A stretch of 63,970 nucleotides of DNA, filler included, from Craspedostauros australis (Eukaryota): NCBI GenBank assembly GCA_030167865.1. It is 4 parts of 4 records of this genome, joined end to end, with 100 filler letters (N's around TTAATTAATTAA, not from the genome) between each part and the next. Parts side by side here need not be neighbours in the genome. Positions count along the whole stretch, not along the records: positions 40,249 to 62,075 come from JALAGF010003880.1; 3 more parts are not named here. The stretch is one strand, 5' to 3'. A program made the position numbers and the translations under genes. Under the pieces are notes generated by a model, which was given only the letters and a program-made list of their open reading frames with translations, was not told where the DNA came from and made no database searches. Shown here in pieces: positions 46,371-57,059 of this stretch (positions within the stretch are counted from its first letter, which is position 1; every line of letters starts with the position of its first letter).

Positions 46371-47777
46371 ATGAGCAGCAAGACGGAAGCCGCGAGCGCG
46401 GACAATAACCCGACGAAGGAGTTCCACTATGAATTCGGAGGCCCCATCGGCGCAACGGCGACAATGACGGCGCTGCCGCTGGTCGTCATGCTGCTGGTGC
46501 ATTGGGGCGATGTTGGGTACCTGGACCTCTCGGTGCTGTCTGATCTGTTCGCTTCGAACGGCGACGGCAGCGGGCGGCTGTGGGGCAGGATCATCGCATC
46601 GCCGGCCCTGTGTCCTTCCTGCCTAACAACCGAGCAAGCTCGGTCGGTGCTGATGCCGTGCGCTCTTGGATTGCTGGCGTGGTTCGGCTTCACGGTGCTC
46701 CTGGAGCGTCTGCTGCCGTGCGAGATCGTGGAGGGCGGCCCCGTCAAGGGCAACAAGGACCTGCGGCTCAAGTACCGCATCAACGGACATCTCACGCTCT
46801 GGGTGTCGCTGCTGGTCTCGCAGTGCGGCTGGCCGCAATGGCACGACGAGTCCGGGACCTACCAGTTCACGGCCGTGCCGCTCGCCGCGTTGCTCTACGA
46901 CAACTACGCGCCCTTGGCGCTCATGGCCATCATGTGGACCACCCTGCTGTCGTGCTACCTCTACGCCTCGTCATTCCTGGGCGACAAGATTCTGGCGGAC
47001 GGCGGCAACTCCGGCAATCCGTTCTACGACTTCTTCATCGGCAGGGAGCTCAACCCGCGCGGCCTGTTCGGCACCTTCGATTGGAAGGAGTTCTGCGAGC
47101 TGAGGCCGGGACTCATTGGGTGGATGCTGCTCAACATGGCGTGTCTGCAGCAGCAGCAAAAGGAGCTCGGCTACGTCACGGGTTCCATGATGCTCATCAA
47201 CATCTTCCAAGGCATCTACGTGTGGGATGGACTGTACCAGGAACGCGCCATCCTCACCACCATGGACATCACGACGGATGGATTCGGTTTCATGCTGGCA
47301 TTCGGCGACATGGCGTGGCTTCCCTTCACCTACAGCCTCCAGGCGCGGTACTTGGTCAAGCACGATCCCCATCTCAGCGCCACGGCGCTTGCCGGCATCC
47401 TGCTGCTGCATGTGCTGGGATACTGCATCTTCCGCGGTGCCAACGGCCAGAAGGACGCCTTCCGCCGTGATCCCAACGGCCCCTCCGTGCAGCACCTCCA
47501 GTACCTGCAGACCAAGCGCGGCACCAAGCTGCTCATCTCGGGTTGGTGGGGCATGGCGCGCAAGATCAACTATATGGGCGACTGGATCATGGGACTCACG
47601 TGGTGCATGGTCTGCGGCTTCAACTCCATCATCCCGTACTTCTACGCCATCTACTTCTGCATCCTCCTCATCCACCGATCAATCCGCGACGATGAGATGT
47701 GCCAGGCCAAGTACGGCGACGACTGGCAGCGATACAAGCAGCAGGTTCCGTACCGATTCATTCCTGGCGTGTTGTAA
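46371..47777 (+). CDS. ERG24: Delta14-sterol reductase (ERG24/LBR/FACKEL family)
   Basis: YEFGGPIGA, GNPFYDFFIGRELNPR, FCELRPGLIGW, LTTMDITTDGFGFMLAFGD, LLISGWWGMARKINY, HRSIRDD..C..KYG, VPYR. Confidence 0.92.
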   Translation: MSSKTEAASADNNPTKEFHYEFGGPIGATATMTALPLVVMLLVHWGDVGYLDLSVLSDLFASNGDGSGRLWGRIIASPALCPSCLTTEQARSVLMPCALGLLAWFGFTVLLERLLPCEIVEGGPVKGNKDLRLKYRINGHLTLWVSLLVSQCGWPQWHDESGTYQFTAVPLAALLYDNYAPLALMAIMWTTLLSCYLYASSFLGDKILADGGNSGNPFYDFFIGRELNPRGLFGTFDWKEFCELRPGLIGWMLLNMACLQQQQKELGYVTGSMMLINIFQGIYVWDGLYQERAILTTMDITTDGFGFMLAFGDMAWLPFTYSLQARYLVKHDPHLSATALAGILLLHVLGYCIFRGANGQKDAFRRDPNGPSVQHLQYLQTKRGTKLLISGWWGMARKINYMGDWIMGLTWCMVCGFNSIIPYFYAIYFCILLIHRSIRDDEMCQAKYGDDWQRYKQQVPYRFIPGVL

Positions 47778-47873
47778 TCCTGTGGTTGCATGGTAGTAGT
47801 ACAGGAATACGTGGTACGAGTGCGAGTGTGAGTGTGAGTCGAATGAATTGATCTGATCCACATCTATTATATT

Positions 47874-47916
47874 ATGCAATGTAGTCTATTATGCAATGTA
47901 GTCTACTATGCAATGT
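47874..47916 (+). repeat. 17-bp tandem repeat (about 2.5 copies) downstream of ERG24
   Basis: atgcaatgtagtctatt atgcaatgtagtctact atgcaatgt. Confidence 0.8.
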
Positions 47917-48531
47917 TACATCAACCTCGTCAGTGGATGAGCAGCAGCGATGGCAACGTGAAGAAGTTGAACATGAGCAAGCAACATTGGGTACTCTCCA
48001 CCACTCGATTCGTCCACCTCTGTGGCCATCTACATTTCATTTTCAAGCCTGCGAGTCACAAGCACTCACGATCATCAACTTCAATCGTGTATGATTCCCA
48101 AATCGTGTTCACGTTTTCCACGGTCATCAATGGTACTGCATTAGTGCCAAGTTGATCCGATGGGTATCTTCCAACAACCGATCCACGTTTTGCGAACGCA
48201 AAATCAGGCTTCACAGATTGCGGGTGTGTGGCTGGCAAGTGGCAGCAGGTGCGCAGCTGTGGCAGTTCACACGTTGGACAAGGAACATCTGGCACCAGGG
48301 TTCACCTTGGTTCGGAAGCCATCACCAAGATCTCCCCCCACAGAACACGAAGAAGTTGCATCTTGTTGGAGAGGATCTCGTTGCTGACACGAAAGGCACA
48401 CCACCCATCAGAAAACACCCACAACATCCAAGAGAGGCATCCACAACAACGTCAAGGACACTCAGCCAACCAGCCAACCAGCCAACCAGCCAATCAACCA
48501 AACTGATCATCAGCCACCTCCATCCATCACC

Positions 48532-49596
48532 ATGAAGTTCATCTCCGCTGCACTCGCTGTCTTCACCCTTGCGGTGAGCATCAACACGGCCAACGCCTTC
48601 ACCCACACTCCATCCTTCGCTCGTACGACCGGCGTCAGAACCATCGCGCCCGCCCTGCATGTGTCCTCGTCGCCCCAGAACGAGGGCAAGGAGCTCAACC
48701 TCCCGGACCTCCCCAAGCTCAACACCGCCATCGTCAACGACGTCATCGACTCCGTGACCAAGCTGGATCAGATCAAGCCCAAGAACATCAAGGAGAACGT
48801 CATGGACGGAACCCTCGGCAGCCGCGGAGAGCTCTACTTCTTCGGCCAGGCGTTCTTGATCCTGTGCATCCTCATCGGCGGAGTCCCGACCATCCAGCCG
48901 CTGCTGTCCATCCTGCTGGGACCTGGCCTGCTGGTCTCCGGCCTCGCCGTCGTCCTTGCCGGGCTTGGTGATATGGGCGGAGCCTTGTCGCCATTCACCA
49001 AGCCGCCCAACACCGCCACCGCTCGGTTGGTCACGGAGGGAACCTTCCAGTACATGCGCCATCCCATGTACACCGGCCTCATCGCCCTCACCACCGGACT
49101 CTCCATCGTCTCCGGCAGCGCCGACCGGCTGCTCCTCACCGGATTGCTCTTCGTCTTCTTGGACTTCAAGTCGTCCAAGGAAGAGGAGGAGATGCTGGTC
49201 CTGTACGGAGATGAGTACGAAACATACATGGTACGTACAACACAATACAGCACGACGCAGTGTAGTGTAGTGCGTGTAGTACATGGCCATGAATGTTGTG
49301 GGTTAATTGTTGTTATTGCGACCCTCAGCATACGAATTGCTTCGTTGTGCTCTTTCTCACACTCTCCATCCCCACTCGGATCCATTTCTGTTTCTCCACC
49401 ATTGCCTTCCATTCGCTTCCATCCGCCGCCACTTGATTGGCGATGTGCTGTTTCGCTTTTGTGTTGTCTTGCTTTCTGCAACATGCGTATTCATACCACC
49501 CCCATCACCCCATATCCGATATGTCATACTACGGACATGCAGAAACAAGTTCCCTCCAAGTTCTTCCCACAGAACCTGATCACCAAGGAAGACTAA
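48532..49596 (+). CDS. Plastid-targeted ICMT/PEMT-family membrane methyltransferase; intron 49231-49542
   Basis: Signal peptide plus ANA-FTH. LSPF.KP, LVTEGTFQYMRHPMYTG, KEEEEML..YG.EY..Y. GTACGT...CAG intron joins TYM|KQVPSKFFP. Confidence 0.88.
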   Translation: MKFISAALAVFTLAVSINTANAFTHTPSFARTTGVRTIAPALHVSSSPQNEGKELNLPDLPKLNTAIVNDVIDSVTKLDQIKPKNIKENVMDGTLGSRGELYFFGQAFLILCILIGGVPTIQPLLSILLGPGLLVSGLAVVLAGLGDMGGALSPFTKPPNTATARLVTEGTFQYMRHPMYTGLIALTTGLSIVSGSADRLLLTGLLFVFLDFKSSKEEEEMLVLYGDEYETYMVRTTQYSTTQCSVVRVVHGHECCGLIVVIATLSIRIASLCSFSHSPSPLGSISVSPPLPSIRFHPPPLDWRCAVSLLCCLAFCNMRIHTTPITPYPICHTTDMQKQVPSKFFPQNLITKED

Positions 49597-50168
49597 GCAC
49601 TTGTACATACGGGTACTCGTGTCATACTCTAGTACACACGTACGTACGAGTACTCGTATCTGTGGCACAGCCCGACAACAGTATCAATGATTGTTGCATT
49701 GAGCAAGAAATAGCGGACACGCGGCAAGTGGCAACGGCCTGGCAACCTCCGGTCCACCAACCCTCTGCTGCAACCCCCCCCCCTCCCATGTCTATACCAT
49801 ATCAATTTGAAATTCATGTCCTTTTGCCCAACACCAGCAGATCTGTGGTAAGCGCATCATAATGCACAGCAATTACAAGCAGAGTACCATGCAAAGCAGC
49901 AAGACATCAGCACGAAGATATATCTTCGCTTCCATACCATAGATACCATAGCGCTCTCATCAGAAACACTCGTACTCGTACTCCTACTATTGTGTTGATA
50001 TGTACTCGTATGGTATTGCATTATCTGTTATGTATTGTGACGAATGTGTAGTCGTAGAGTAGTATTGTGAATGAAGACTGAATGTGAGGCCACACCTTGA
50101 ATCGTCTTGGTGGTTGTCATCAGCACTGTTGCTATCAACACTGTAGCCCGTTGTGTTCTTGTTGATGC

Positions 50169-52478
50169 TCAACGTTCGCTGCTTGCTCCTTCCCACCCTC
50201 CATGCAACGTCTGGAATCTGAGGGGGAACTTTTCAGTCTTCATATCGGGCTGGAATGCTTTCTTCATGCGACGCTTCTGGAGCATCTTGCAAAGCCGCGA
50301 GCACGTGTGGGTCTTGAAGAAATCACGAATTCCCTCCTCACCACGGTCGGTGCGTCCATAATCTCGTTTACCGGCCTGTTCCTTTCGATGAATGACAGGG
50401 TCTGTCAGCTCGAACACAGGATGAGGCTTGCGGGATGTGTTCAAGATGCCTTGGAGATCGCAGATCAACATGCGCCGACCAGAGAGATGGTACGAAAAGC
50501 AAGAGAATGCTTGTGGGATGTCCATCATGTCGAAGTCAGTGTCGGGGTTGGGAGGTTTCCTCCTTGATGATGAAGAACGTGAAGTACTGCCGTACATGTC
50601 CTTGAGCATAGATTTCAACCCATCATTGTCGCTATCGCTCTCCTCTTCCTCGCTCTCGTCGCCCTCGGCGATTTGCATCATTCCCATTCCGCCAATGAGC
50701 GATTCTATTCCATAGGTATTGCTCCTCTTGGATGGCACAGAGGCACCCCTGCCAGCGATGCTGCCGATGCCGCCGACCGAGGCGAATGGAGCGGCAACGC
50801 TTGCTCCATGGAAGACGCCGCCCTTGTTGTCGTTGAACTTCTGATACTTGAACTTCTTTACATCAAGCATGGGCTCAACGAGGTATCCAAGTCGCTCCCC
50901 TTCCTCACTTTTCTGGAGCATGTAGACGGAGCATTCGAGGAACTCCACTCGTGCAATCGTGTCACCTGCACCATCCAGATTCTCCAACACCTTGTTGAAC
51001 TTCTCTGCAATCTCTTTGGCTTTCATCTGCGTCTTGCAAAACGTTGTGTGAAAGCCCCTCGCGCCGTCCTGGCTTTCTTGATTGACCAGGAATTTGGAGT
51101 CCTTGGCCACGAGGCGTGGCCCCACGAATCTGCCATACCTATCTTTCTCTCGGAATTCCTTGACCAATCGTTCCGCGCCCTCTCCGAACCACCGTGATTC
51201 GAATGCAACGCCAGTAGCACATGGATCATGAAACATGTCGTTGAGATGGTAAGGTTGCCATCCATTCTCTGTCCACTCCGTGCGAACGATGGTCCTCATG
51301 TTTCCGGAAAAGAAGCCGAATGTCAGTGTCTTCCATGTCTCGGTAATCTCTGTCGCGCCTACATCACGGAGTGGCATGATCGTGTACTTGCGGTACTCTC
51401 GTTGCTTTCCGTTCGATCCATCACCGACCTCCTCTGTGATCTGAGTCATCGTCACTGTCGTGCTGCTTGACATGGTCGCCAAGGTTGTCGCCAAGACGGA
51501 GGCTGACAACGATGCCTTCTGGAAGACAACAGGACATCCGTACTGCCCTGCTTCGTCAGTGATGCTCTTGATCACACGGAACTCATCTGATTCGGCTGTT
51601 CCAATGGCAGCGCAGCATACGACGAGCCTCTTTCCAAATTGACTCGCAAGTCGGCCAATTCTCTCCTTTGTATGCTTGATCATGTTGAGCTCGTATCCGC
51701 CGCAGTCTCCTCGTCTGAGCTTGTCGCTAGGACGACCGTCGGAAAGGAACATGAGCGTCTTTGCGCATTTCTTGTTCTGATTGACCACCAGGAGACTCTC
51801 GGCAGTATCGATGGCTGGGATGTAGCATCCACCAAGCGATGGCTTCGATTCGCGGAGCAGATCGACGATGTCGTTGTACAGGATCCAGTCAAATGGCCGG
51901 GCATGGATCAAGATCTCGCTGCCCTCGCGCATCGAAACGATTGAGAGGGCGTCTGTGTCCTTACGTTCGCCGCTCACAATACGATTGGCCACGACAGTGA
52001 CAGCCAGTGCCAACCAAACGACATCGGATCGCATGACCTTGGAGTCCATATCTACCTTCCTCATGGATCCACTCTGATCGATCACTGCCACAGTATGGCT
52101 CGTCCAGGCCTCCTTGGATCGTAGCTTCCTCATGCTGCGCTTGTGTTCTGCCTCCATCACGGGAGTGATTGGAACCTTGTCGATGTCGACGCCGTATCCT
52201 TGTTCTGGCCAGACGGTTTTGACGGTCGAAACATTGCAGTCAGTGATGACGACGACACCTCCGAATGTGAACTTCCAGGAGTCATTTTCAGATAGTTCCT
52301 GGGTACCATTCTCGATGACGTACCGGACGAGATCCAATGACACACGACGTTGCTGACTTCTCGCGTACGCGTGTGCCGAGATGACGACTTCCCGTTGCGA
52401 GAGATGGTCCTTCACCTGGATGCTGTTGGACTCCAGGATGGCGTCAACATCGCGTTCTGTACCTTGATAGCGCGCCAT
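50169..52478 (-). CDS. DUF4258-like domain, vWA domain and alpha-kinase (eEF2K/MHCK-type)
   Basis: ATG at 52478. SAHAYARSQQR...VKTVWP (DUF4258-like); IDQSGSM and FLSDG (vWA MIDAS); FGEGAER, LVAKDSK, LVEPML, KFNDNKG, QAFSCFSY...ICDLQG, LTDPVIH, TDRGEEGI..FF..H.C..LC (alpha-kinase). Confidence 0.88.
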   Translation of the reverse strand: MARYQGTERDVDAILESNSIQVKDHLSQREVVISAHAYARSQQRRVSLDLVRYVIENGTQELSENDSWKFTFGGVVVITDCNVSTVKTVWPEQGYGVDIDKVPITPVMEAEHKRSMRKLRSKEAWTSHTVAVIDQSGSMRKVDMDSKVMRSDVVWLALAVTVVANRIVSGERKDTDALSIVSMREGSEILIHARPFDWILYNDIVDLLRESKPSLGGCYIPAIDTAESLLVVNQNKKCAKTLMFLSDGRPSDKLRRGDCGGYELNMIKHTKERIGRLASQFGKRLVVCCAAIGTAESDEFRVIKSITDEAGQYGCPVVFQKASLSASVLATTLATMSSSTTVTMTQITEEVGDGSNGKQREYRKYTIMPLRDVGATEITETWKTLTFGFFSGNMRTIVRTEWTENGWQPYHLNDMFHDPCATGVAFESRWFGEGAERLVKEFREKDRYGRFVGPRLVAKDSKFLVNQESQDGARGFHTTFCKTQMKAKEIAEKFNKVLENLDGAGDTIARVEFLECSVYMLQKSEEGERLGYLVEPMLDVKKFKYQKFNDNKGGVFHGASVAAPFASVGGIGSIAGRGASVPSKRSNTYGIESLIGGMGMMQIAEGDESEEEESDSDNDGLKSMLKDMYGSTSRSSSSRRKPPNPDTDFDMMDIPQAFSCFSYHLSGRRMLICDLQGILNTSRKPHPVFELTDPVIHRKEQAGKRDYGRTDRGEEGIRDFFKTHTCSRLCKMLQKRRMKKAFQPDMKTEKFPLRFQTLHGGWEGASSER

Positions 52479-53274
52479 GGCTGTATTGGGTGTGGGTGTG
52501 GATACGGACGAGAACGAGAATGGGTGTCCACAGAAGTCCGAGGCGGAGAAGTTGATCTCAATCAGGCTGGATTGATCCCATCTGTGGATTATGGTCAAGG
52601 CGTGTGGAGATGACGGCCGAGTGGCTGGGGACTTCACATCAAAACCTGGAGCCCTTTCTTTTTTCATTGTGGTACAAAGCCTCCGTGAGATGGATCTTTG
52701 TCACATCAAGATCTTGTCGGAATTCTTTCCGAGCAGGCCAGGTTGCAGTGTCAAAGATCTTGTCCCCCAAGTCGCCTCTCTCTGGTTGTTTGTCTCTACA
52801 GTCTCTCTGCTATGTGAGTGGAGCAAGTGGAGATTATTGCGATCTCAATGACTGCAACATCTGTAGATATGCGCATCTCTATCTCTCTGGATACTTCCAT
52901 GCATCACAGAACTCCTTGCAAAAGGAGATACCCGTCAACAACGGAGGCTTCGGTGATGTCAACCAAAAAAGAAACGATTGAGCTGGCCTTCATCTTTGAC
53001 TCTCTCTCTCTTTCTATTAGTCGAGTGGCATGACAATACATCTGACCTCCAGATGCATGGGATGGTCGGAAACGCCCATGATCCAATAGTCCAGAGAAAC
53101 GGAATGCTCAAAGACAGCAGCGGATGCAGAGGAGGAATCGTCGGTGCTGCTTTGGGTGCTTCGTTTGATTGTGGTTTCCGTTGCTGTCGTCGTCATCGTC
53201 ATGGTCAAAAACCATCAACAGATCGGACGATGTTGTCAGAAGTTCGGCGTCAATTTCTCCAAAAAGGTAAGTCA

Positions 53275-53356
53275 CGACGCAGGCAGGACTCGAACCTACG
53301 CGGGAAAATCCCAATCGATTTCTAGTCGATCGCCTTAACCGCTCGGCCACTGCGTC
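53275..53356 (-). tRNA. trnS-AGA: tRNA-Ser(AGA), identical second copy
   Basis: Same 82-nt sequence as 42529-42610, with a T5 terminator. Confidence 0.95.
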
Positions 53357-54477
53357 GTTGCGGATTGGTCAAAATTTATTAATTCAATAACCCACACTCC
53401 AAAAATCGGCTGGAATTGGCTGCAGATATTGGATCCATTTTTACAGATCTCAGACTTGAATCTGTAGACACTCAATCAAATATCTCTTTGAATTACGTAA
53501 ACTAAAGAGCCAGGGATATTCAGGAAAGTAATAACATTGTCTTGTTGTTACTACTATCTTTGTCGATCTTGATGTGTTTATTGACCCCCTTGGTGCGGTT
53601 TTGCCTTCGGACGACGGACGGATCGGATATTGTTTGGCGATGTTTGGATACACGTAGAATTCTACAGGAGTCGGTAGGATCTGGCCTCCTTTTTCGAGAA
53701 ATTCGACTCTCCATCTTTGAAGTCTCCGGACTTAGCGGTCTTTGGCTCAATCTGTACAATAGATATCATTTAAGAATATTCTCTCTGAGGCGGTCACGAC
53801 CATATGGTATATATCGTGTTTGAGTGCGATGGTATGGAGGTATGCTTGCGTTTAGTGCTCCCAGGGAGGTGGGAATGATATTTGACCACTTGGATCCCCG
53901 ATTTCGGTGGCAAGTTTGGAGAAATCAGGTTCCCATGCCTGCGTCATCGTGACGTCAGCGATGGCTGGAACACTTCTTTGGACCAAACAGAACAAGAAAG
54001 CACACCAAGAACGTTCGTGAATGATGGGGGTGCTTGACAGATCACACCAGTGCTCACCGAGCAAGAGAGCAACAGCCACCAAACTTCAGGATGGTATATA
54101 TAAATTCCTTATGAAGCTACAAGGGCAAGATGAGTGCAGGAACAAGCACACGAGCTATGTCCGGAGAGTTTGACTACGGTTGATGCTGTTGTTGGCCTGT
54201 TTTTGTTCGGGACTTACGTAGCAAGTGTACCACGATCTACAGAGCTATTCTTGTGACCAATTGTAGCCAACTGTCGCCAAAAACGTTGGCTACAGCTGTT
54301 TGTTGTAGACAATAGTAGACATCCCGTACTTATCAAACAATCACAACACACGACCACAGTCACAATCATAATCACAAGTGAACATCTCCCAATCAATCAA
54401 TCAATCAACCAACCATCTCCCTTTTCTATTCTACTCGTCCAACAACACTCACATTCACCAGAGTATCAATGCTGTCT

Positions 54478-55947
54478 TCAAGAGACGTTCGAATTACCCG
54501 ACGAGCAGAGTACTCCAAGGCCATCCAGGATCTCATCAATCATCGATGTGCCTTTCTTTTCCACAGAGCACGCAGAAGGATCATCAACTCGGATGAGCCC
54601 ATCCTCTCTCTTGTCATCCCACGCCTGTTTCAACGTCTCACTGCCCTGCAGCAGAAGATGGAAAGTCTCGCTCGTGGGATCCATTGTACCCATTAGGCCC
54701 AGTGCATGCATTGTACCCCAATGTTTGCTTGTTCTCATCAGCATCTCTAAAAACAGGGCCAGTGGTCGTGACCATGTTGAAAGGGAGCACAGCGTTGCTC
54801 TCACCTTGTTGCGATGATTTCGCCGCAAGATACGTTCAACAAGTGCATTGTACAAATTGACATGTTCTTCAGGCGGATGTGGATAAATGTAGAGATAGGT
54901 GAGGTGGGTAGTCTCTTCCAAGGCGTGCTCAAGTGCTTCCATTTGTGCCGAGAAGATCTCGGGCGGAACTTCAAACATGCAAGGATTCCCATAGTGATGG
55001 TATGCCAGAGATGACAAGCTCTTGTTTGCCAGGAGCGATATCAATGTGTCGAACCGCGTATCCTGCTCTTGTCGTGATAACCTGTGCCACATATCAGAAA
55101 CCCTGAGTTTCTTCAGGTGTGATGCATCTGAAAGGAGTTTGATGACCTGGTCGATTTTTTGTTGTGTGTAGGTTCGTCGGGCGCCGTGGAGCCAAAACCA
55201 ATCGATGTCGAGCTTGTTGATGCGCTTGTTTGACTGGAATAGCTTCGCCAAGCTATCGAAAGTGACACGGGTGTCCAACAAGGATACTTCGGTGACGCTG
55301 CAATTGTTTGGAGACAGCCATCTCCACAAATCAGCGCCCCCATTGGCAAGCTTACAGGTTCCAAACACAACGTATTTGGAGTTTTGGGAGATGTTGAACA
55401 TGAGCTTGTCACAATCAACAAGATCACATGAATCCAAATCCACACGGTGTGTCACAAGAGGGATATCGTGGAGCTGTTTCATCTTCACGAAGCATTGAGG
55501 CAAGCAGATGCCTTCGTCGCATGAAGCTTTGAGTGGATGTTCGGCAGCCAATCGAAATACGAAGCGAATTGCTTGCTTGACTTCTTCTCCGATTTGGCCA
55601 TGACGACCGAATTCCAGATACAGGGATCGAATGCGCATCAACCCGCAGCCCCTGCGAAACGAACCGCTCAGTAGAACGCGAGGTGATAAAGCAATGTGCT
55701 TGTGCCACCGAGTCATCGATTCCAAGTCAGCAAAGGTGAATCCTGCTTCGATGGCCATGTCCCAGTGTTCCATCCGCTTGGGTGTGACACTGTAGCAGTG
55801 GATCTGTTGTCTTGGATGACTCTGCACATTGAACATGGTCTTCGGGATCCACCATTTTCGATGGAGTTGTTTCCAGAAAGTCTTGAAGTCTGGATCATGA
55901 TCGGTGTTGGCATTGGTGTTGGCGACAGCATCCATGTTGCGGTTCAT
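54478..55947 (-). CDS. LRR/RNI-like hypothetical protein, array copy 1
   Basis: ATG at 55947. LxxLxL-type segments (INKLDID, LKKLRVS, LTYLYIY) and terminal ILRRNHRN...WSRPL. Open in three paralogs. Confidence 0.65.
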   Translation of the reverse strand: MNRNMDAVANTNANTDHDPDFKTFWKQLHRKWWIPKTMFNVQSHPRQQIHCYSVTPKRMEHWDMAIEAGFTFADLESMTRWHKHIALSPRVLLSGSFRRGCGLMRIRSLYLEFGRHGQIGEEVKQAIRFVFRLAAEHPLKASCDEGICLPQCFVKMKQLHDIPLVTHRVDLDSCDLVDCDKLMFNISQNSKYVVFGTCKLANGGADLWRWLSPNNCSVTEVSLLDTRVTFDSLAKLFQSNKRINKLDIDWFWLHGARRTYTQQKIDQVIKLLSDASHLKKLRVSDMWHRLSRQEQDTRFDTLISLLANKSLSSLAYHHYGNPCMFEVPPEIFSAQMEALEHALEETTHLTYLYIYPHPPEEHVNLYNALVERILRRNHRNKVRATLCSLSTWSRPLALFLEMLMRTSKHWGTMHALGLMGTMDPTSETFHLLLQGSETLKQAWDDKREDGLIRVDDPSACSVEKKGTSMIDEILDGLGVLCSSGNSNVS

Positions 55948-57059
55948 CCTTTTCTTGTCGTTGCTGTCGTTGCTGGTTATTACTGATGATTGTTGCTGCT
56001 GGTGATACAATCATGCGAGTAGAGCTGATAGAGCAGGCATAGTATGTGGTTCCAAATCAGTTGCGCTTGGATGGCGATTATGAGCTCATCTGCTCGGGTT
56101 TGCTGTCCTCCATTTCATGATCCTGTGCATTGATCATGAAGCAACGTGTCGTCAACCAACACGCCTTCATGGGCTTGTGCAGTTCCACCAACGCGTATGG
56201 TGTGGTATGGTTTGATAGTACGACCGTGGACAGGTACATCATGATCCGAAGCTGGCTAGCTTGCTCGCACGATACGACCTTCGATGATGCCCAACTTGGC
56301 CACGCTGTGCAGTTGCGCCTCTTCATGTGATACCATTGTTTGTGCAATATGAGTAGGCACATCCCTCTGTGATGGTCTTGGGGGAGTCAACCACGATACT
56401 ACTCCTATCAATACAGTCCTTCGGCAGTTGGATGTGATCGAACGACTCCGATGGGCAGATCCACGATGTGGAGAATCCATCACGATGACTTCTTCTGTGG
56501 ACATCGGAGGCGTTTCTCGTGTTTTGTGGAGAGGATGGTGATGATGACGATGGTGACGCCACTCGTGTTTCAATCGACATCAAACGTATCCAGGACTCAT
56601 CTCGCCTCACTCAATCATTGCGAACTCTGTGGCGATGACGACAGCCATGGTGGTTCTGCAGACATCGCTGCAGACTACTGATGCAGATCATCACGACCGC
56701 AACGGTCACATGATGATCGCCGTTACCATCAAGTATCTACTATATTCACAGAGTACGATACCAACACACACATTCTCTCTGCTTCTAGAGAGACTTCGAA
56801 CAATGCCAGCTTTTTGATTTGGTTCCTCACTCATTGATCGCCCAACCACAGAGACAGCCGCGATCAGAAGAATCACAGCAACGGCAGCAATGGCAGCAAT
56901 GTCACCAACGACGTGGTTGATGCATCAAAAGAGGATGGTTGGTGCCATCTGTATCGCGTGCATGGTGGTGGCAACGCACTCACAGTCATCATCATCCCCG
57001 TCATCCTCACTCCAACGCAGAAGCGAAGCAGCATCAGCAGCAACGGGAATGAGAATGAG

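Noticed and set aside
53400..54330. AT-richer stretch between the tRNA and the tandem array, possible TE remnant
   Set aside because: No terminal repeats or transposase/RT motifs that I could identify.
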